Program-made: the position numbers and the translations under genes
Source: an uncultured Gammaproteobacteria bacterium
GTDB lineage: Bacteria; Pseudomonadota; Gammaproteobacteria; JAADGQ01
Length of the DNA stretch: 61,392 nt
Direction: 5' to 3'
NCBI GenBank assembly: GCA_964468225.1
Contig: CAYXVC010000001.1
Location: 3,386-64,777 of the forward strand
Notes under the pieces: generated by a model
Seen by the model: the letters and a program-made list of their open reading frames with translations, nothing else
What the model was told of the DNA's origin: nothing
Database searches by the model: none
In this document: in pieces, positions 58,185-61,392 of the stretch
Layout of the letters: every line of letters begins with the position of its first letter
How positions within the stretch are numbered: the first letter of the stretch is position 1

Positions 58185-58574
58185 TCACCCTTTAACGATG
58201 GAGACCGTAGCATTTTTTCCGTCAGTTCCCAAATATTTATATTTTTCGAGCAGCAGGTCAGCCATGCTTTTTTGTGCGGCCAGTATCGCGGCCGCCTCAG
58301 CCACTGCGGGCGTACCCATGTATTTTAAAACCACCGCCGAAGGATTCGGCACTTCAACTTGCGCCAACTGTTCCGCACTAAAAAAATGGAGTGGCCAACC
58401 CTGTTGCTCTGCCAAGGCCAATAACCCGACCTCATCACTCTTTTTATCAATACTCGCAACTGCCACCACAGATTCACAATTTTGATTGATCTGCGCCAAT
58501 GCCCGATCCACTGCCGCAGACAATGTTTCCAGCGAGGTTCCACGATCACAACCCATGCCCAATATCAGTTTCAT
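58185..58574 (-). CDS. Cobalamin biosynthesis protein CobE / CbiG C-terminal domain
   Basis: MKLILGMGCDRGTS.. is typical of the CbiG_C/CobE domain. It is in frame with, and 3 codons after, the stop of the preceding cbiG ORF. Confidence 0.75.
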   Translation of the reverse strand: MKLILGMGCDRGTSLETLSAAVDRALAQINQNCESVVAVASIDKKSDEVGLLALAEQQGWPLHFFSAEQLAQVEVPNPSAVVLKYMGTPAVAEAAAILAAQKSMADLLLEKYKYLGTDGKNATVSIVKG

Positions 58575-58583
58575 ATTGTTTTG

Positions 58584-59327
58584 TTATTGTCCTGAGGGCG
58601 GACGATATACCACCAGTCGTTCATTCAATTTTTCCCAGATGATATCGTCAATCTCACGCTGAGTAATCCAGAGCAGTGCCGGATACTTATCCAAATCGAC
58701 ATCTTCAAAGCGTTCAAATTTATGAATATTGGCAGGCAATGGCGTAGGCCGCGTCCACCACTTTTTTGAACCACACTCCTGCACCAGTGCAATCGGCTCT
58801 TCATTGACCACATGAGCAGAAACACGAGTAATGTTGAGTTTGGGTGCTTCCACTTTCCAGCCCAGCTCACGACCCAAAATATCGACGGGGATGGTTTTTC
58901 CCACGTCGGAGGCCGTCGTCACCACTGCAACCGCGTCCAATAGATCAGCCAGTTGCTCTGCGTATGCATTCGCACCACCGATATGACCCGACAATACTGG
59001 AATAACAAACTGTGCCGCATCATCCACTACCAATATGCCCGGATCTTCATCTTTGGATTTGAGGTGCGGTGCAATCAAACGCACCACCGCTCCCAGCGAC
59101 ACAAAAAACACAATTTGATCATAATCACTGAAAAAACCTGCCATTTGCGCCCGCAGTGCACCTTCATAAACATTCACTTTATTGGGTACATCGCTCATCA
59201 AGTCAGAAAACTTTGCTGATACGACAATTTCAGTATTGGGTATTTTCTCTGCCATCGCTGCGACTTGTTTAGCGCCGTGTTTGGTAATTGCCACAAGAGC
59301 CACACGCGGCGTTTGAATCTTATTCAT
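58584..59327 (-). CDS. cbiG: Cobalt-precorrin-5A hydrolase CbiG, N-terminal and middle domains
   Basis: VALVAITKHGAKQ.. and ..VLSGHIGGAN.. match the CbiG N/mid pattern. Start at Met15 of the track ORF. Confidence 0.75.
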   Translation of the reverse strand: MNKIQTPRVALVAITKHGAKQVAAMAEKIPNTEIVVSAKFSDLMSDVPNKVNVYEGALRAQMAGFFSDYDQIVFFVSLGAVVRLIAPHLKSKDEDPGILVVDDAAQFVIPVLSGHIGGANAYAEQLADLLDAVAVVTTASDVGKTIPVDILGRELGWKVEAPKLNITRVSAHVVNEEPIALVQECGSKKWWTRPTPLPANIHKFERFEDVDLDKYPALLWITQREIDDIIWEKLNERLVVYRPPSGQ

Positions 59328-59337
59328 ATTTACACAA

Positions 59338-60090
59338 CTATTTTTTGCGACAGCCGCGTATAATTTCACCGCGCTGTCGATTGGGGTTTTTGATTAACAT
59401 CAAGGAGAGATAATTGACTTTTTCATTCCGCAGAGAAGCCACATCATGAACCACCCGCTCATGCGGCGAACCTGCCTTTTCTATAAAGCGGCTGTACTCT
59501 AATAGTTGGCGCTTAGCTAATAGATCAATAATATCATCCAGCAAAGGTTTAACTTTGAGCAAGATCAGAGTATCGAACTCATCCAGCATCCGGTTAATCA
59601 CATTAAGGCCATAACCTGCGGGGATAATGGCGACCGTATCATCAACATCCGCCAGAGGCATTTGCACTCGCGCCGCAGCAGCATTAAATGATGGCACACC
59701 GGCAACAATTTCAATGGCAATACTTTCATCCAGTGCTGTCACGGTGCGCGCCAGATGGCCGAAGGTTGAGTAAGTCGAGGCATCGCCTTCCACCAGAAAC
59801 AGTACATCCTGACCCTGCTCCAGTTTCTCAATCACGGTCTCGGCAGCTCGCAACCAATATTTGGCCAGCTTTTCCACATCATGGGTCATCGGAAATATCA
59901 GTGATATGGATTGTTCAGGCAATGACAACCCCGCACGCAGCGCAATATCCAGTGCATAACTGTCACTTTTTGCATTACGAATCGGGTAACTCCAGACTTT
60001 ATCGGTCGAGAGCAATTCCCATGCACGGCGCGTGATCAGACCCGGATTACCCGGCCCCAAAGAGACACCGTATAAAGTACCCTTATTCAT
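59338..60090 (-). CDS. cobI: Precorrin-2 / cobalt-factor-II C20-methyltransferase (CobI/CbiL)
   Basis: Tetrapyrrole methylase motif LYGVSLGPGNPGLIT. About 250 aa. Operon position. Confidence 0.82.
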   Translation of the reverse strand: MNKGTLYGVSLGPGNPGLITRRAWELLSTDKVWSYPIRNAKSDSYALDIALRAGLSLPEQSISLIFPMTHDVEKLAKYWLRAAETVIEKLEQGQDVLFLVEGDASTYSTFGHLARTVTALDESIAIEIVAGVPSFNAAAARVQMPLADVDDTVAIIPAGYGLNVINRMLDEFDTLILLKVKPLLDDIIDLLAKRQLLEYSRFIEKAGSPHERVVHDVASLRNEKVNYLSLMLIKNPNRQRGEIIRGCRKK

Positions 60091-61366
60091 GGGCTTCACC
60101 GGATTGTGCGCAGACGATCCATACGGGGTTCTCTGCTTGCATACGATGCATGTGCAAAATGGGTTGGCTTCGGCTGGCTTGCAGCTGAGTCACATCCCAC
60201 GTTGCGTTTAATGCTTCCAGCGTCTGCGTCGCCAGTGCCAGATTTTCCAGTGTGACAAAATTCATCACCAATCCGCCTTGTGGCTTCAACCGCGACAGAC
60301 AGAGCTTGATTAACTCCGCCAATTCACCACCAGACCCTCCAAAAAATACCGCATCAGGGTCTGGCCAGTCTGCCAACAGTTCCGGCGCTTTGCCGTGTTG
60401 AACTCGATAATTGGTCATTGCCATTTGTTGACGGTTTTTTTGGGCAATAGTGAAATCCGCTTCGTTTTTTTCGATGGCATAAACGTAACCTTTACTGCAC
60501 AAACGCGCGGCCTCCAGCCCCACCGAACCTGAACCGGCACCAATATCCCAGACGATACTGTCAATACGCAGTTGTAACCGCGCCAGTGACACCGCTCGCA
60601 CTTCGCGTTTAGTAATCAGCCCTTTGTCCGGTTTACGCTGGGCAAACGACTCATCCGCCAAACCAAAGAGTGTGATCGGTTGTAACGTGTGGCGTTGTAA
60701 AATAACGATATTGGGATGGGTAAACGAATGTGCTGCTGCATCACTCAGTGATAGATCACGAATGATATTTTCACCATCTGTTAACAGAGCCTCAGCGACC
60801 GATAGTTTGAATGTCTCGCCCAGACCCGCGTTAATCAACATTCTGGCAATGCGATCAGGTGAGTTTTCAGAGCTGGTAAATAACGCAATCAAATCGCTGG
60901 AGCGTACTGTTTCCAATACGGGATATAGGCCGTGTTCAGGTCCGGTATTAATGCTCCACTCCCCCGCATCTTTGCTATGAACCGAACAGATCGCAGCCTC
61001 TTGCCAAGCCAGACCTAAACGAGAAAAAGCCAGTTGCAAAGTTGAAACATTAGGCATCACTTCACAAAGCTCTTCACCCAATTTATTGATCAGATAACGA
61101 CCGATACCGTGACACATCGGGTCACCTGTCGCCAACACCACAACGTTCAAACCTTCGGCCTGTGCTTCACTAATCCAGCGCGGCATTTTAGACAGACCAT
61201 CAGCAATATCGTATTGCTGTGCAGTCTGACTCAACTCATTTTTAAATAGTAAGAGCGTGCGGCGAGCACCAATGACGACATCGGCATGATGAATACGTTG
61301 AAGCGCTTCAGCACAGAGTCCCAGACCCCCATTATCCAACACGCCTATAATAAATACCGGTTTCAT
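60083..61366 (-). CDS. cobL: Bifunctional precorrin-6Y/cobalt-precorrin-7 C5- and C15-methyltransferase (CobL; fused CbiE-CbiT)
   Basis: 427 aa. N-terminal tetrapyrrole methylase half (VVLATGDPMCHGIG) and C-terminal SAM-MTase half (VWDIGAGSGSVGLEAA). Confidence 0.85.
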   Translation of the reverse strand: MKPVFIIGVLDNGGLGLCAEALQRIHHADVVIGARRTLLLFKNELSQTAQQYDIADGLSKMPRWISEAQAEGLNVVVLATGDPMCHGIGRYLINKLGEELCEVMPNVSTLQLAFSRLGLAWQEAAICSVHSKDAGEWSINTGPEHGLYPVLETVRSSDLIALFTSSENSPDRIARMLINAGLGETFKLSVAEALLTDGENIIRDLSLSDAAAHSFTHPNIVILQRHTLQPITLFGLADESFAQRKPDKGLITKREVRAVSLARLQLRIDSIVWDIGAGSGSVGLEAARLCSKGYVYAIEKNEADFTIAQKNRQQMAMTNYRVQHGKAPELLADWPDPDAVFFGGSGGELAELIKLCLSRLKPQGGLVMNFVTLENLALATQTLEALNATWDVTQLQASRSQPILHMHRMQAENPVWIVCAQSGEAHE

Positions 61367-61392
61367 AACGACTGCTCTATTTCTGCCAGTTT
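61363..61392 (-). CDS. 3' end of an upstream operon gene (unidentifiable, 9 codons)
   Basis: Minus strand reads ..KLAEIEQSL*, with its TGA overlapping the cobL ATG (ATGA). Confidence 0.3.
   Translation of the reverse strand, partial: KLAEIEQSL

Overview
61.4 kb of chromosomal DNA from a low-GC, probably marine gammaproteobacterium. Core content and synteny: htpG, pgm, ndk-rlmN-pilW-rodZ-ispG, epmB, acnA, truD, aceE-aceF-lpd, relA, and a cbi/cob cobalamin operon running off the right edge. I call about 65 protein-coding genes. I recognised no rRNA, tRNA, CRISPR array, transposase or integrase. The standout is a tightly packed minus-strand operon at 22.6-28.3 kb. It encodes two di-haem cytochrome c peroxidases, a twin-arginine Rieske subunit and a 902-aa AioA-like molybdopterin subunit. 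That gene set matches the one described for dissimilatory iodate reductase (IdrABP1P2), not a classical arsenite oxidase locus. Upstream on the same strand lie an unrecognisable acidic lipoprotein, an SDR, a Cys-rich autotransporter and an OMP; the lipoprotein has a full-length paralogue 16 kb away that carries a Met-rich tail. Downstream, after a strong intrinsic terminator, come tatA-tatB with no tatC. Other accessory content: an OMP/small Cys protein/OmpR-type two-component module with phased repeats in its promoter; two intact VapC-type TA pairs; and decayed brnT, hipA and mazG remnants marking rearrangement points. There is also a diverged 2 x 147 bp tandem duplication of the htpG 3' end/intergenic/globin-sensor 5' end, a cbiG split by a single in-frame stop, and near-identical lipoyl-domain DNA in aceF and lpd. 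All functional calls come from reading the translated ORFs by eye (motifs, remembered homologues, synteny). No database search was run.
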